Below the pieces are notes generated by a model, which saw only the letters and a list, made by a program, of their open reading frames with translations, had not been told where the DNA came from and did no database searches. The position numbers were made by a program, and so were the translations under genes. Source: a virus (taxonomy: Duplodnaviria; Caudoviricetes). From it: DNA of 54,615 nt. This document shows, one piece after another, positions 37,333 through 46,922 of the stretch (within the stretch, counting starts at the first letter, position 1; each line of letters starts with the position of its first letter). The DNA lies in the IMG/VR virus record IMGVR_UViG_3300033067_000445, positions 1 to 54,615 of that record; one strand, 5' to 3'.

Positions 37333-39201
37333 ATGCCATCAACCCTCCCCACAGCGTTATCGTTTACCGATCCGAATACGACGGAAGCCCAGTTTCAATC
37401 TTCTCTCACCGCACTGATTTCCTATCTGCAAGGGCTTCTTGGGACTTCGGGTTTGCCTGTGGACGCACGCTCTGCATTAGGGCTGTCAGGGGTTGTCGTT
37501 AACTACATTAACCGAGGCGCATGGGTCACCGCTACGTCTTACGCGGTGAACGACCTTGTGACACAAAGCTCAATCGTGTATGTGTGTCAAACGTCTCACA
37601 CTGCTGGCACGTTCGCAACTGACTTGGCCGCAGGTAAGTGGACAATTCAGCAAGGTGTGACTCAATCCCAATTAGCCGCGGGCAGTGGTTCGGCAGCGAT
37701 AGGACACCTTCCTTCGACGCCAGGAGCGGTACTCACGACACTGGCTAATCTGGCAAAGCCCACAGACATGCGAATCTTTGGAGTGGTGTCAGACGGTGTC
37801 ACTGACGATTACACCGCGTTCAACAAAGCGGCAACCAGTGGTGAAAAGTTAATCGACGCTCGTGGGTTGAATTGCGTTCTCGGCGGTACGATCAACATTC
37901 CGACAGGACAGATCTGGATGCTCGAAGGCACCAACATCAAGATTACGGGAACTACACTGACCGCATTCAGCGCCAATGTGGTTAATGACTGGGCGTTACT
38001 TGGTCCTTTCACCATCACTGGTGACGGGTCAACTGTGGGCACTGCAAAGGGTATCTATATAAACGACTGTGCGAACTTCTATGTAGATCGACCTATCCTG
38101 AAAACGATCCGCGGATGGGGCATTTACCGCACTCCCGGATCTAGCTCTACCGCTCGCGGAATGCACGGTACGATCAACAACCCACGGGCGATAGACTGCT
38201 GGATAGGATACGAAGATGTGGATGGCACGGGCGCTGAGTATGTCACAGTCATTAACCCTCATATCACAGGCTGCTCTGTTGGCCTGATAACTGCGGCGGG
38301 TAATGTGCTCGTCCATGGTGGGCAAATCGTTGACAATGTGGACGGAGTACACGTTGACAAGAACGGCGGAAACAATTCGAACCACGGCGGATTCTTTGGC
38401 GTCAACATTAACCACAATACACAGTTCAATCTTGTCACGAACAACGTGCTAAACGGGGAATCTTTCATCGGGTGCCATTTCTACGGATTGGGGACTACGG
38501 GCCAGAGTTCTATCTTCTTGAACATGAGTAAGGGTATTCTGATCAGCGGAGGCGTACTGGATTGTCAAATCTACAATTACAAAGACGTGAACTCCGGCAT
38601 GAACGTTATTGAGAATATGTACTGCCCCGGCGGATATGGTGTGGCGCGTCGCAGTGGCGCTAACGACGGACACGATCAACTCATTATCCGAAATTGCTTC
38701 GGTCCGGGCAGCTATAGCATGGCGGGCTCTGGAGGCGGTGTTGACGTCGACGGGATCAATATCAACGACCCGTCCGTCGTGTTCGCTACCATGACGCGGG
38801 ATCCCGGAGTTTACCAATCCCTCACAAGCGGTGCGAATGCAACACTGCTCTTCCCCTCCGTGCCATTCAAGGACCGTCGATTGGCCCTAGCATTGGCGTC
38901 AGGCACATTCACCGTTCCTACTGGTCAGGCGGGACTGTACCGTATCACGTTTGACGCACTGTTCAGCGGCACCGCAATGACAGCGGGAACCAGTTATATT
39001 TCACTCCGAGTCAATGAAGTTAATAAGCGACTATTCCTGGCCAATATGTTCGGGACAACCAAGTGCAGCATCACAGGGGATGTCACGCTCTACCTAGCCG
39101 CAGGAGACTTCATTGACCTGTATGCGACCATCTACGGCACGTCACTGACTTTCGGTGACTCGACGTGGGGATCAGGTGTCACATTCACAAAGTTGGCATA
39201 A
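37333..39201 (+). CDS. Tailspike/receptor-binding protein (CBM-like motif, beta-helix, C1q-like C-terminus)
   Basis: GAWVTATSYAVNDLV; FGVVSDGVTDDYTAF; Asn/Gly-rich repeats; GTFTVP..GLY...LAAGDFIDL. Confidence 0.78.
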   Translation: MPSTLPTALSFTDPNTTEAQFQSSLTALISYLQGLLGTSGLPVDARSALGLSGVVVNYINRGAWVTATSYAVNDLVTQSSIVYVCQTSHTAGTFATDLAAGKWTIQQGVTQSQLAAGSGSAAIGHLPSTPGAVLTTLANLAKPTDMRIFGVVSDGVTDDYTAFNKAATSGEKLIDARGLNCVLGGTINIPTGQIWMLEGTNIKITGTTLTAFSANVVNDWALLGPFTITGDGSTVGTAKGIYINDCANFYVDRPILKTIRGWGIYRTPGSSSTARGMHGTINNPRAIDCWIGYEDVDGTGAEYVTVINPHITGCSVGLITAAGNVLVHGGQIVDNVDGVHVDKNGGNNSNHGGFFGVNINHNTQFNLVTNNVLNGESFIGCHFYGLGTTGQSSIFLNMSKGILISGGVLDCQIYNYKDVNSGMNVIENMYCPGGYGVARRSGANDGHDQLIIRNCFGPGSYSMAGSGGGVDVDGININDPSVVFATMTRDPGVYQSLTSGANATLLFPSVPFKDRRLALALASGTFTVPTGQAGLYRITFDALFSGTAMTAGTSYISLRVNEVNKRLFLANMFGTTKCSITGDVTLYLAAGDFIDLYATIYGTSLTFGDSTWGSGVTFTKLA

Positions 39202-39614
39202 TGACACTCGCAGTCATAACCGAAGCGATGACGTGGCTTAATACGCCATATCACCATCAGGGTCGAATCAAGGGCGCGGGCACAGACTGCGCGATGATAC
39301 TGTGCGAGGTCTATGAAAAGGCGGGAATGATTCCGCACATAGACCCTCGCCCTTACCCTCCTGACTGGCACTTGCACAGAAGTGAGGAGCGTTACCTTCG
39401 ATGGATTGAAGACTATGCCGACAAAGTCGACACGCCACTTCCTGGTGACGTCGCACTGTACCAATTCGGGCGCACGATCAGCCACGGGGCAATTGTGGTC
39501 AGTTGGCCTACTATCATTCACGCATACCGAGGCGAAGGGGTTGTTCTTGCTGACGGTACGCAAGGCGCACTCGCGGGACGCTTGGCAGGGTTCTGGCGCA
39601 TAAGGGGAAAATAA
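39201..39614 (+). CDS. NlpC/P60 tail peptidase
   Basis: WLNTPYHHQGR..GAGTDC, PGDV, HGAI, IIHA. Confidence 0.88.
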   Translation: MTLAVITEAMTWLNTPYHHQGRIKGAGTDCAMILCEVYEKAGMIPHIDPRPYPPDWHLHRSEERYLRWIEDYADKVDTPLPGDVALYQFGRTISHGAIVVSWPTIIHAYRGEGVVLADGTQGALAGRLAGFWRIRGK

Positions 39615-42386
39615 ATGGGCGGTCTATTTGGTGGCGGGGGAACAATCAGTATGTCGGAGCCTCGCATTGGGGCGCTCAACGTACAGACGTCGGCTTACGG
39701 CATGGTCATTCCTCTCGTGTGGGGTTGCCAGCGCATACCTGCGAATATGATGTGGTATAGCGATTTCACATCCGTTGCGCATACAACGACACAGAGCTCT
39801 GGAGGTAAAGGTGGCGGAGTTTCGCAATCGAGCACGTCCTACACCTACACCACAGCGGTCGCGATGGGTTTGTGCGAAGGGCCTATCGTTGACATTGGCA
39901 GCGTATGGAAGGACAAGACTCAGCTGACCACACAGGTCAAGCCCGCGACGAACGTCACTGTCAACAATGAGCCCAACACTGTACCCGCGTCACCTTATCA
40001 AATCTCGGTAGTCTATGCGGCCAACTTCGTCTCAGATGCAGGGGTGATGGATGCATACGGAAACCCCTTCACGAATGTGTCACCGTCAACACCGTCAGCG
40101 ACTGGACAATACAAAGTCGCGGGCGGAACATATACATTCTATTCAGGAGACGTAGGAACAGGGGTTCAGATTAGCTACGTTTACAATCAACCGACGCAGA
40201 CAATCAGCCCTCTGTCACAGCTGAACTTCAGTTTGTTCCAAGGTACGTCGAGCCAGGCTGCTTGGGGCTATCTGACAAGCAAACATCCGACAGAAGCTAT
40301 CGGATATCAATTCACCGCGTATGTCGCCAGCGGGTCATACGACCTCGGCAGTTCAGCGGCAATGTCAAATCACAGTTTCGAGATCCTTGGCTCTTACCAA
40401 TACGGATCAGGAATTGTTGATTGCAATCCTAAAGACGTAGTGATTGACTATTTGACGAACCCTAGATATGGAGTCGGGTTCAATGTTGCTCAGTTGGGCG
40501 ATTACACACAGTTCTCGAACTATTGTGTGTCAGCTGGTTTGTTCTATTCTCCAGCATTCACGGATCAGACTAATGCATCCAGCCATATTACAGACCTGCT
40601 AGAGTCCGTTAACTGCGCCCCTGTATTCTCTGAAGGAAAGCTGAAGATTATTCCATATGGTGATCAGGCGATGATCGGTAACGGTGCAACCTACACGCCT
40701 TCCGTGACACCACTTTACGATCTAACAGACGACGACTTTCAGGGTATGGGCGAAGATCCAATTCAAGTATCCCGGACACGCTCTGCTGATGCTTTCAATC
40801 AGGTGCAGATTGAATTCTTAAACCGATTGAACCAATACAACATTCAGATCGCTGAAGCAAAGGATCAGGCAGATGTCGAGCTCAATGGATTGCGACCGTC
40901 AACGGTTTTTTCCTATCATATGTTCTGCGACCCAAACATTGCACAGCTAGTGGCTCAGCTCAAGCTACAACGACTCCTGAACATTCGCAACTCATACAGA
41001 TTCAAGCTGGGCTGGAATTATTGCTTGCTTGAACCGATGGACATTGTGACGCTGACAGATTCGGGATTGGGTCTGAATAGGTTTGCGGTTCGTATTACTG
41101 ACATAGACGAAGACTCCGACGGTCTGTTGACGGTGACCGCTGAGGAGTTCCCGGCTGGTGTGGCCACTGCTGCCCTATACAGTTTCCAAGATTCTGGTGG
41201 CTACGGTGACGGGCAGAACATTCTTCCAGGATCGGTCAACGCTCCTTTGTTGTTTGAACCTCCCCTGGCGGTAACGAACGGAGACAGTCAACTCTGGGCA
41301 GCGGTGAGCGGCGGCGCTACTTGGGGAGGGTGCAACGTGTGGGTGAGCCTAGATGGCCAGAGCTACCAACGAGTCGGACAGATTAATGGGTCGGCTCGGT
41401 ATGGCACGTTGAACGCTACGATGGGAGCCCCGTCCGCTGACCCAGATATCACGAACACTGTGGTCGCACTTCTTAACGCAGACGGTCAGCTGCTATCGGG
41501 CACACAGGCCGACGTTCTCGCTTTCACTACCCTATGCTATGTGGGGGGCGAATTGGTGGCCTACCGCGACGCTACGCTCCAGGCGGTGCGGCAATACGGG
41601 CTCACGTATTTGAAGCGGGGCCTGTACGGCACCGCAACGTCTAGTCACCTGTCTGGAACTAGCTTTGCAAGGCTCGATCAAGCGATCTTTAAGTATTCGT
41701 TCCCGTCCAACCTTGTTGGCAAGAACCTGTATCTGAAATTCACAAGTTTCAACGTCTATGGCAAGGAGGAACAGAACCTCGCGGAAGTGTCCGCCTACAG
41801 CTATACCGTCATCGGAGGCCTTCCCGCTGGCCCTGCAAACCTTACACTCCAGGCACCGTTCACGGGAACCGATTTCACTGCACAGTGGTCACCCGCTGCC
41901 GGTGCGTCCTCCTATAACGTGCAGGTCTGGAGTCAGGGCGTTCAGCGTCGCGCATTCAGTACGACAATCACGTCATTCCTTTACACATTGGAAATGGCAA
42001 CGAATGACGGTGGGCCTTGGAGGGATTGGACACTCAAAGTGCAGACGGTGAGCGGCTCACAGGTGTCGGGATTCTCTCAACTGAATATCTCGAATCCTGT
42101 TCCCGCTGCACCGACAGGCATCACAACTGACTCAACGACAACCAGTGTGACGATCAACTGGGCTGCAAACACAGAAACCGACTTGCAAGATTATCAAGTT
42201 TGGCTATCCACGACTAACGGCTTCACACCTGGCGCAGGAACCCTGAAATATACAGGCACCGCGTTGACGACCACTGTCACAGGGTTGACCACAGGAACGA
42301 CGTATTATCTCCGCGTCGCTGCCCGCGATAAGTGGGGAGCAGGAACCCTGAACTATTCTTCACAGATTACTAAGGCGACACTTTGA
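39615..42386 (+). CDS. Tail tip/central fibre protein (GTA megatron-like) with FN3 domains
   Basis: QTSAYG..IPLVWG, GGKGG, LCEGPI, LEPMDIV, RGLYGT, C-terminal FN3 (YYLRVAARD). Confidence 0.85.
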   Translation: MGGLFGGGGTISMSEPRIGALNVQTSAYGMVIPLVWGCQRIPANMMWYSDFTSVAHTTTQSSGGKGGGVSQSSTSYTYTTAVAMGLCEGPIVDIGSVWKDKTQLTTQVKPATNVTVNNEPNTVPASPYQISVVYAANFVSDAGVMDAYGNPFTNVSPSTPSATGQYKVAGGTYTFYSGDVGTGVQISYVYNQPTQTISPLSQLNFSLFQGTSSQAAWGYLTSKHPTEAIGYQFTAYVASGSYDLGSSAAMSNHSFEILGSYQYGSGIVDCNPKDVVIDYLTNPRYGVGFNVAQLGDYTQFSNYCVSAGLFYSPAFTDQTNASSHITDLLESVNCAPVFSEGKLKIIPYGDQAMIGNGATYTPSVTPLYDLTDDDFQGMGEDPIQVSRTRSADAFNQVQIEFLNRLNQYNIQIAEAKDQADVELNGLRPSTVFSYHMFCDPNIAQLVAQLKLQRLLNIRNSYRFKLGWNYCLLEPMDIVTLTDSGLGLNRFAVRITDIDEDSDGLLTVTAEEFPAGVATAALYSFQDSGGYGDGQNILPGSVNAPLLFEPPLAVTNGDSQLWAAVSGGATWGGCNVWVSLDGQSYQRVGQINGSARYGTLNATMGAPSADPDITNTVVALLNADGQLLSGTQADVLAFTTLCYVGGELVAYRDATLQAVRQYGLTYLKRGLYGTATSSHLSGTSFARLDQAIFKYSFPSNLVGKNLYLKFTSFNVYGKEEQNLAEVSAYSYTVIGGLPAGPANLTLQAPFTGTDFTAQWSPAAGASSYNVQVWSQGVQRRAFSTTITSFLYTLEMATNDGGPWRDWTLKVQTVSGSQVSGFSQLNISNPVPAAPTGITTDSTTTSVTINWAANTETDLQDYQVWLSTTNGFTPGAGTLKYTGTALTTTVTGLTTGTTYYLRVAARDKWGAGTLNYSSQITKATL

Positions 42387-42522
42387 TATGAACACCGGCC
42401 TCAAGCATACAGAAGACTCAAACTTAGGTATGCTTTCCGCTTACAGCCCTCAACCCTCAGACACTCGGGAGTCCTATCTTGATAATCAAAACAACAATGA
42501 ACGAAATTTGGATGGTGAATCC

Positions 42523-42966
42523 ATGAGCGCGGAGCAAGACCTCGCCGTTCAAATGGCTGCTCTGCGTGAGCAGATGAAGAACATGGCATCCAGCGTGGAA
42601 GCGATTAAAATTTCAGTCGCCCAAATTGTTCCGCTCGACAAGACGATTGCAGAGCTTAGCATCCACAAAGACTCGACGCAACGAGATCTTGACCTCTTGT
42701 GGCAGCGACACGACCAGGGCAAGGAACGAGACGACAAGCTCAAGACCGACATTGATAACGTCGACACCAAGATCGAAGCGTTTCAGAACTCGTTCAACGG
42801 GGGCATGAAAGTCTTTCTCACCATGTTCGGCCTTGTGCAGGCTTGCATCATGGGTTCGGTTATATGGGTTTTCACTCATGTCAACGATGCAGACATGGTG
42901 AACATGCTGCAAGATCAACGCATCCAACAGATCGAGCAACAAATGATGAAGGAGCCACGGAAATGA
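42523..42966 (+). CDS. Coiled-coil membrane protein preceding the lysis genes
   Basis: Coiled coil plus one TM helix; start uncertain (42388 or 42523). Confidence 0.65.
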   Translation: MSAEQDLAVQMAALREQMKNMASSVEAIKISVAQIVPLDKTIAELSIHKDSTQRDLDLLWQRHDQGKERDDKLKTDIDNVDTKIEAFQNSFNGGMKVFLTMFGLVQACIMGSVIWVFTHVNDADMVNMLQDQRIQQIEQQMMKEPRK

Positions 42967-43226
42967 GCAGACGCGACAAAATACGAATGTCTCAATGGCT
43001 GGTGCTGGCCATGGCGTTCTATCTGATGGCGATGTATATTGCGATCCAGCCCCAACTCCAGACCGCACTGTGGAAGTGTGGTCATATCACCGTCGGTGCC
43101 TTTGCTGGCTATTGGATAGATCGGAATTTGTACGGTCGCCTGGAAGCTGAAGCGCAACATGGGCGCATCGTTGCACGGGCGATCGTTGTGGCCGCTGCCA
43201 TACTAGGGATGGCGTTCGGGCTATGA
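42963..43226 (+). CDS. Holin
   Basis: 87 aa with 2-3 TM segments, GYWIDR, RAIVVAAAILG; directly upstream of the endolysin. Confidence 0.78.
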   Translation: MSRRDKIRMSQWLVLAMAFYLMAMYIAIQPQLQTALWKCGHITVGAFAGYWIDRNLYGRLEAEAQHGRIVARAIVVAAAILGMAFGL

Positions 43227-43828
43227 AGGCCTACGCGGCCATTGTGTGCCTGCTGTGGGGTGTTGCTGCACTTGCGGCGCCCCCACAGGCCGCGCTCAGA
43301 TACCGTAGTCAGCTGACTCGCGAGGCTCAGTTCGTTCATGGCCTCGACGCACCCGTGCCCATGTTTGCTGCACAGATTGAACAGGAAAGCGGTTGGCGTC
43401 CTGGGATCACTGCCTGGGACAATGGACGGGGGCTTGCACAGTTCATGGATCCCACAGCGGACACCATTGTCCGTCTGTATCCAGAACTCCAAACCCCTCA
43501 GCCTTATAACCCTGCCTGGGCCATTCGTGCGCTCGTTCGCTACGACCAATGGATCTGGAAGCAGGTCAAAGGTGACACCGCTTGCGACCATTGGGCAGCA
43601 TCTCTCAAAGGATATAACGCTGGAACTGGATATGTGCTACAGGCCCAACGGAAAGCCGGCAAGCCCGGAATCTGGTTCGGTGAAACTGAGTTCGTACTTA
43701 CCCGCCAGAGCTCTAAGAATTTTGAGTATTCACGCCTCTACCCGAGGTGGATCCTGCTGAAGGGTCAGCGGAACTATGTCGGATGGGGTTCCTACACTTG
43801 CGAGGGGATTCCTTATGCTGATAGATAA
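43223..43828 (+). CDS. Endolysin, SLT lytic transglycosylase with signal peptide
   Basis: QIEQESGW, GLAQFM, YNAG. Confidence 0.88.
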   Translation: MKAYAAIVCLLWGVAALAAPPQAALRYRSQLTREAQFVHGLDAPVPMFAAQIEQESGWRPGITAWDNGRGLAQFMDPTADTIVRLYPELQTPQPYNPAWAIRALVRYDQWIWKQVKGDTACDHWAASLKGYNAGTGYVLQAQRKAGKPGIWFGETEFVLTRQSSKNFEYSRLYPRWILLKGQRNYVGWGSYTCEGIPYADR

Positions 43829-44330
43829 CATCAAGAGCGCCTTGATTGCGCTCATTGTGGGTCTGCTTGTCGGTGCGCTAGGCGCATGGGTGCTCACTGG
43901 TCGCTACAAAGACGCCCAGTGGCAACACGCTATTGACAAACAGAAAAGCGAAGCAGCAACGGAACTCAAGGCGCTGACCGACAAAGCTATCGCCAAGGAC
44001 AAAGAAGTCGCAACCCTGAAAGACCAATTGGAGAAAAATGATGTTCAAGCACAGCAAACCATTTCCAGCACTCTTACTGATAACCGTCGTCTCGCTGCTC
44101 AGCTTGGCGGGTTGCGCGACCCAGGACGTCGGGCGAGTTGTCCAGGCACCGTGCCCGCAAGTCCCTCCACCCCCAGCATCGATCCAGCTTCCGCCACCGG
44201 AAGTCAACTTTCAGAAGAGGCTTCGCAGTTTCTTCTTGACTTCGCAGCCGACGCAGACCGTGCCGCCCAGTACGCTCGCACCTGTCACGACTGGGCAGTA
44301 AAGCTCCCACAGGCCTATCAATTGCACTGA
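43815..44330 (+). CDS. i-spanin (Rz-like)
   Basis: N-terminal TM, coiled coil, GLRDPG, AADADRAA. Confidence 0.82.
   Translation: MLIDNIKSALIALIVGLLVGALGAWVLTGRYKDAQWQHAIDKQKSEAATELKALTDKAIAKDKEVATLKDQLEKNDVQAQQTISSTLTDNRRLAAQLGGLRDPGRRASCPGTVPASPSTPSIDPASATGSQLSEEASQFLLDFAADADRAAQYARTCHDWAVKLPQAYQLH
44038..44301 (+). CDS. o-spanin (Rz1-like lipoprotein) embedded in the i-spanin gene
   Basis: Lipobox LAGC, Pro-rich, in a shifted frame inside Rz. Confidence 0.75.
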   Translation: MMFKHSKPFPALLLITVVSLLSLAGCATQDVGRVVQAPCPQVPPPPASIQLPPPEVNFQKRLRSFFLTSQPTQTVPPSTLAPVTTGQ

Positions 44331-44575
44331 ACATTCGAAGAGGCCCCGCCATGCGCAAAGCAGGCGACAGGTTTCTTCGTGCATTGCGCCTTGAACGTAC
44401 CATCGTAATCTGGCCACCCCTTTGACGGGTCTTTTTGGTGTTCACGCACCATGTCGCAGTAGAGCTGAGACTGAGCTTCCTCGTCTTCCATGTCCATGTG
44501 GCCTACTGCGCCCAGGATGACCACAATGGTCACAGCGCCTAACACGATCTTCCAGAATGGGTCTTCTCTAGTCAT
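44318..44575 (-). CDS. Small membrane protein
   Basis: TM segment, YCDMV...GWPDYDG. Confidence 0.7.
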   Translation of the reverse strand: MTREDPFWKIVLGAVTIVVILGAVGHMDMEDEEAQSQLYCDMVREHQKDPSKGWPDYDGTFKAQCTKKPVACFAHGGASSNVQCN

Positions 44576-45078
44576 TTGAATGCTCCTTCTTTGCGCATGG
44601 TGCGACGGGCACGTTCAAGGTTCAGGACTGCCGTGTCGCGTTTCTGAAAACCCTTTTCGGAAGGGACGCCGTTCAACTGGTAATGCCAGTCACCGAACTC
44701 ATTGCGGAACACCTTGTCACCGCCCAGCGGGATGTCGCTGAACTTAGCGGGCCCATATGCAGCTTCCAGGCGTGCCCGGCAATCAGGACACCGGCGAGCA
44801 AGTTCGCGCTGATTGTGGTCAACAGCGACGGACACCGCCACACGGTACTCGGGATTCACATCCATGGGCGACAGGTGCTTCATTCCGCGTGCGGTCAGCT
44901 CGTCTGCCAACTGGTCGTGGCGCTTCTTGATGTCAGCGGTGTCAACCAGTCCGTCACGGATAAACCCTTCGATAGACTTTCCGTCACGCAACGTACCGAC
45001 GAACATATGCATCTCGCTATGTTCGCCCAGGAGGTGCTTTCTGCACATCAGCGAGGGATCGATATTCCACATTCTCAT
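44572..45078 (-). CDS. Pyrimidine dimer DNA glycosylase/endonuclease V-like protein
   Basis: MRMW.IDP..MCRKHLLGEHSEMH, RHDQLADELTARGMKHLSP. Confidence 0.7.
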   Translation of the reverse strand: MRMWNIDPSLMCRKHLLGEHSEMHMFVGTLRDGKSIEGFIRDGLVDTADIKKRHDQLADELTARGMKHLSPMDVNPEYRVAVSVAVDHNQRELARRCPDCRARLEAAYGPAKFSDIPLGGDKVFRNEFGDWHYQLNGVPSEKGFQKRDTAVLNLERARRTMRKEGAFK

Positions 45079-45341
45079 GACGAGTATCCTTGTTTCTTGA
45101 GCCAACCTTGGAAAGACGAAACGTCACCCCGATGAACTTTTCCACGGTGTTGCCACTTGTTCGACGGAGGGTAATACATCACCGCACCGTGCGCAGTGTC
45201 CACGCGAAACACGTTCTTTGATTGCTCGCGTGCGGGAATGCCGAGCTCTTGCAGGCGTGCAATGTTCACCACTGCCTTCTCCTGACGCTTCTCTTTATGG
45301 TACGCCTTCAGCGCATTCATTTCTTCTGCCATATCACCCAT
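45075..45341 (-). CDS. Hypothetical protein
   Basis: MGDMAEE...YYPPSNKW. Confidence 0.7.
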   Translation of the reverse strand: MGDMAEEMNALKAYHKEKRQEKAVVNIARLQELGIPAREQSKNVFRVDTAHGAVMYYPPSNKWQHRGKVHRGDVSSFQGWLKKQGYSS

Positions 45342-45441
45342 TGTGTTCACCTTGTTTCATATGCTGCGCGGCGCTACGGGGCCGCGTGGGCCGTTTGTGC
45401 AGTGCGGTCGCTGTACTGGTATTGGCCGCACTGCGCTCTGT

Positions 45442-45864
45442 TTAAACCGCCTCCACAGCGGCCCGAGCTGTCTGCAGAAGTGCTTCAAGTTTGGCAACCT
45501 GTTCCAGCATGTATTCTTTCGAATATGTGGAACGGATGGTCTCAATTTTTACGTCATTTAGTGCGCTTGCTGCAAGCTGTGCGCGAGCGGTGCGGTCTGA
45601 CTTGTTACGCCAAGCGGCGACGTCAGTGTCAATGCGAGCTCCATAGCTCTTAACTTTTCCGTTCATGTTACCTTCTACCTGATAGCCCTGTGCGTTGAAG
45701 TAGCGCACCACGGAACCATCGTGCCCAGCAGTGACTTCGAACTTGCCGCTAGGGCTTACACGAGTGACAGTCCATCCGAAGTTTGCGCGAGTTTCATGGT
45801 TCGTCCAAGGCAGGTAGACCACTTCTTGCCCGACGGTGACATTCAGTTTGGCTGGTGCATTCAT
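45442..45864 (-). CDS. Hypothetical early protein
   Basis: GGAG RBS, promoter upstream. Confidence 0.72.
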   Translation of the reverse strand: MNAPAKLNVTVGQEVVYLPWTNHETRANFGWTVTRVSPSGKFEVTAGHDGSVVRYFNAQGYQVEGNMNGKVKSYGARIDTDVAAWRNKSDRTARAQLAASALNDVKIETIRSTYSKEYMLEQVAKLEALLQTARAAVEAV

Positions 45865-45894
45865 TTCATTCTCCATTGCGTTAAACATGATGCA

Positions 45895-45947
45895 AGTATA
45901 GGATAGAAATAATCCGGTCTGTCAATAGACTTTGCAAATTATTTTTG
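45895..45947 (-). promoter_or_regulatory. Early promoter
   Basis: TTGACA...TATACT (19-nt spacer), AAAAATAAT upstream; shares an 18-bp block with 46865-46882. Confidence 0.55.
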
Positions 45948-45973
45948 TTGTAAATAAACAACTATAGAAACAT

Positions 45974-46010
45974 GACTGGTCCAGTGGTGCAAGGACTTTC
46001 TGGACCAGTC
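45974..46010 (-). terminator. Hairpin
   Basis: GACTGGTCCAG/CTGGACCAGTC, 11-bp stem. Confidence 0.5.
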
Positions 46011-46015
46011 TTCAA

Positions 46016-46315
46016 TCAAGCTACAGCACGACGGGATTCGTGTCTGCGCTCAGTGGTGGCAGCACGGGGACGCGCCTTGCGCACCCTGCGATCAGCGTGA
46101 CGCTTTTCATCGACCTGATCTTGCAGGATCTTTCCGTACCCGTGGAAGTGGCGCCACTGGTAGAACTCGATCCGCGTGTTGTTGAGGTTCCATCCGTTCG
46201 CCTCTGCGATGCCCAATGCTTGCCTCAGTGTGGGCTGCGCACCCTTGCCCACCAGCTTGTCCAGTTCGGCCCACACGGTCCAGCACTTACCGCCCTCCGC
46301 AGGTGCTTTGACGCC
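46016..46315 (-). pseudogene. Start-less remnant of a paralogue of the early-protein C-terminal domain
   Basis: GVKAPAEGGKCWTVWAELD...GWNLNNTRIEFYQWRHFHG; no credible start codon or RBS. Confidence 0.65.
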
Positions 46316-46619
46316 CGACAAAGCAGTGTTTGTCCTTGCCGCTGGTGTTCGTGCGTGAATAGAAATACTTGCAGAAGAACAGTTTAGCCACAGCTTGCGC
46401 CAAGCTCCGCGACCACTTGTCAGCACTGATCACCGTGTCTTGACGCTCGCGAACTTCTTTGTTCTCGTCGGTAGGCAGATCCGACATGCTGAGGTTATGC
46501 TTCGCCAACAAGTTGTAAGACATGCGTAAAGCATTGTCGCGCTCACCTTCGGTTGCACCAGCGTCGTTGGCGATTGCCAACATCTTCTTGACACGGTCCA
46601 GGATCTTTTCGATAGACAT
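46287..46619 (-). CDS. DUF2786-domain protein, probably C-terminally truncated
   Basis: KILDRVKKMLAIA...EGERDNALRMSYNLLAKHNL; stops soon after FVGR. Confidence 0.7.
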   Translation of the reverse strand: MSIEKILDRVKKMLAIANDAGATEGERDNALRMSYNLLAKHNLSMSDLPTDENKEVRERQDTVISADKWSRSLAQAVAKLFFCKYFYSRTNTSGKDKHCFVGRQSTCGGR

Positions 46620-46638
46620 TTCGTTCTTCCGTTTAAGT

Positions 46639-46842
46639 TTAGAAATTGGCGACTGCTGCTTCAGCTTTGTAACCGCATCCAGCTTCAATATCAATCTGTT
46701 TGCCGCAGACTTCAACATAAGTACGAACCGTCTTACCAACAGCGCGAAGACCATTTGACGACCCTACAGACTTAACATTCCACACGGTAGCAATGTTCCC
46801 TGAACTTGTCTTAAAGGATCGGTTCTTGATGGTTGTTGTCAT
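46639..46842 (-). CDS. Small hypothetical early protein
   Basis: AGGAG RBS, promoter upstream. Confidence 0.7.
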   Translation of the reverse strand: MTTTIKNRSFKTSSGNIATVWNVKSVGSSNGLRAVGKTVRTYVEVCGKQIDIEAGCGYKAEAAVANF

Positions 46843-46875
46843 TTCTTTCTCCTGCATTACGTTGAACATGATGCA

Positions 46876-46914
46876 AGTATAGCAGAACAGTTCTACTCTG
46901 CAACAATTATTTTT
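46876..46914 (-). promoter_or_regulatory. Early promoter
   Basis: TTGCAG-16 nt-TATACT, AAAAATAAT upstream. Confidence 0.6.
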
Positions 46915-46922
46915 CTATCGAA

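Noticed and set aside
45357-45441. GC-rich hairpins (GCAGTGCGG/CCGCACTGC) as an ncRNA
   Set aside because: They are short and compatible with an ordinary intergenic stabiliser or terminator; there is not enough evidence
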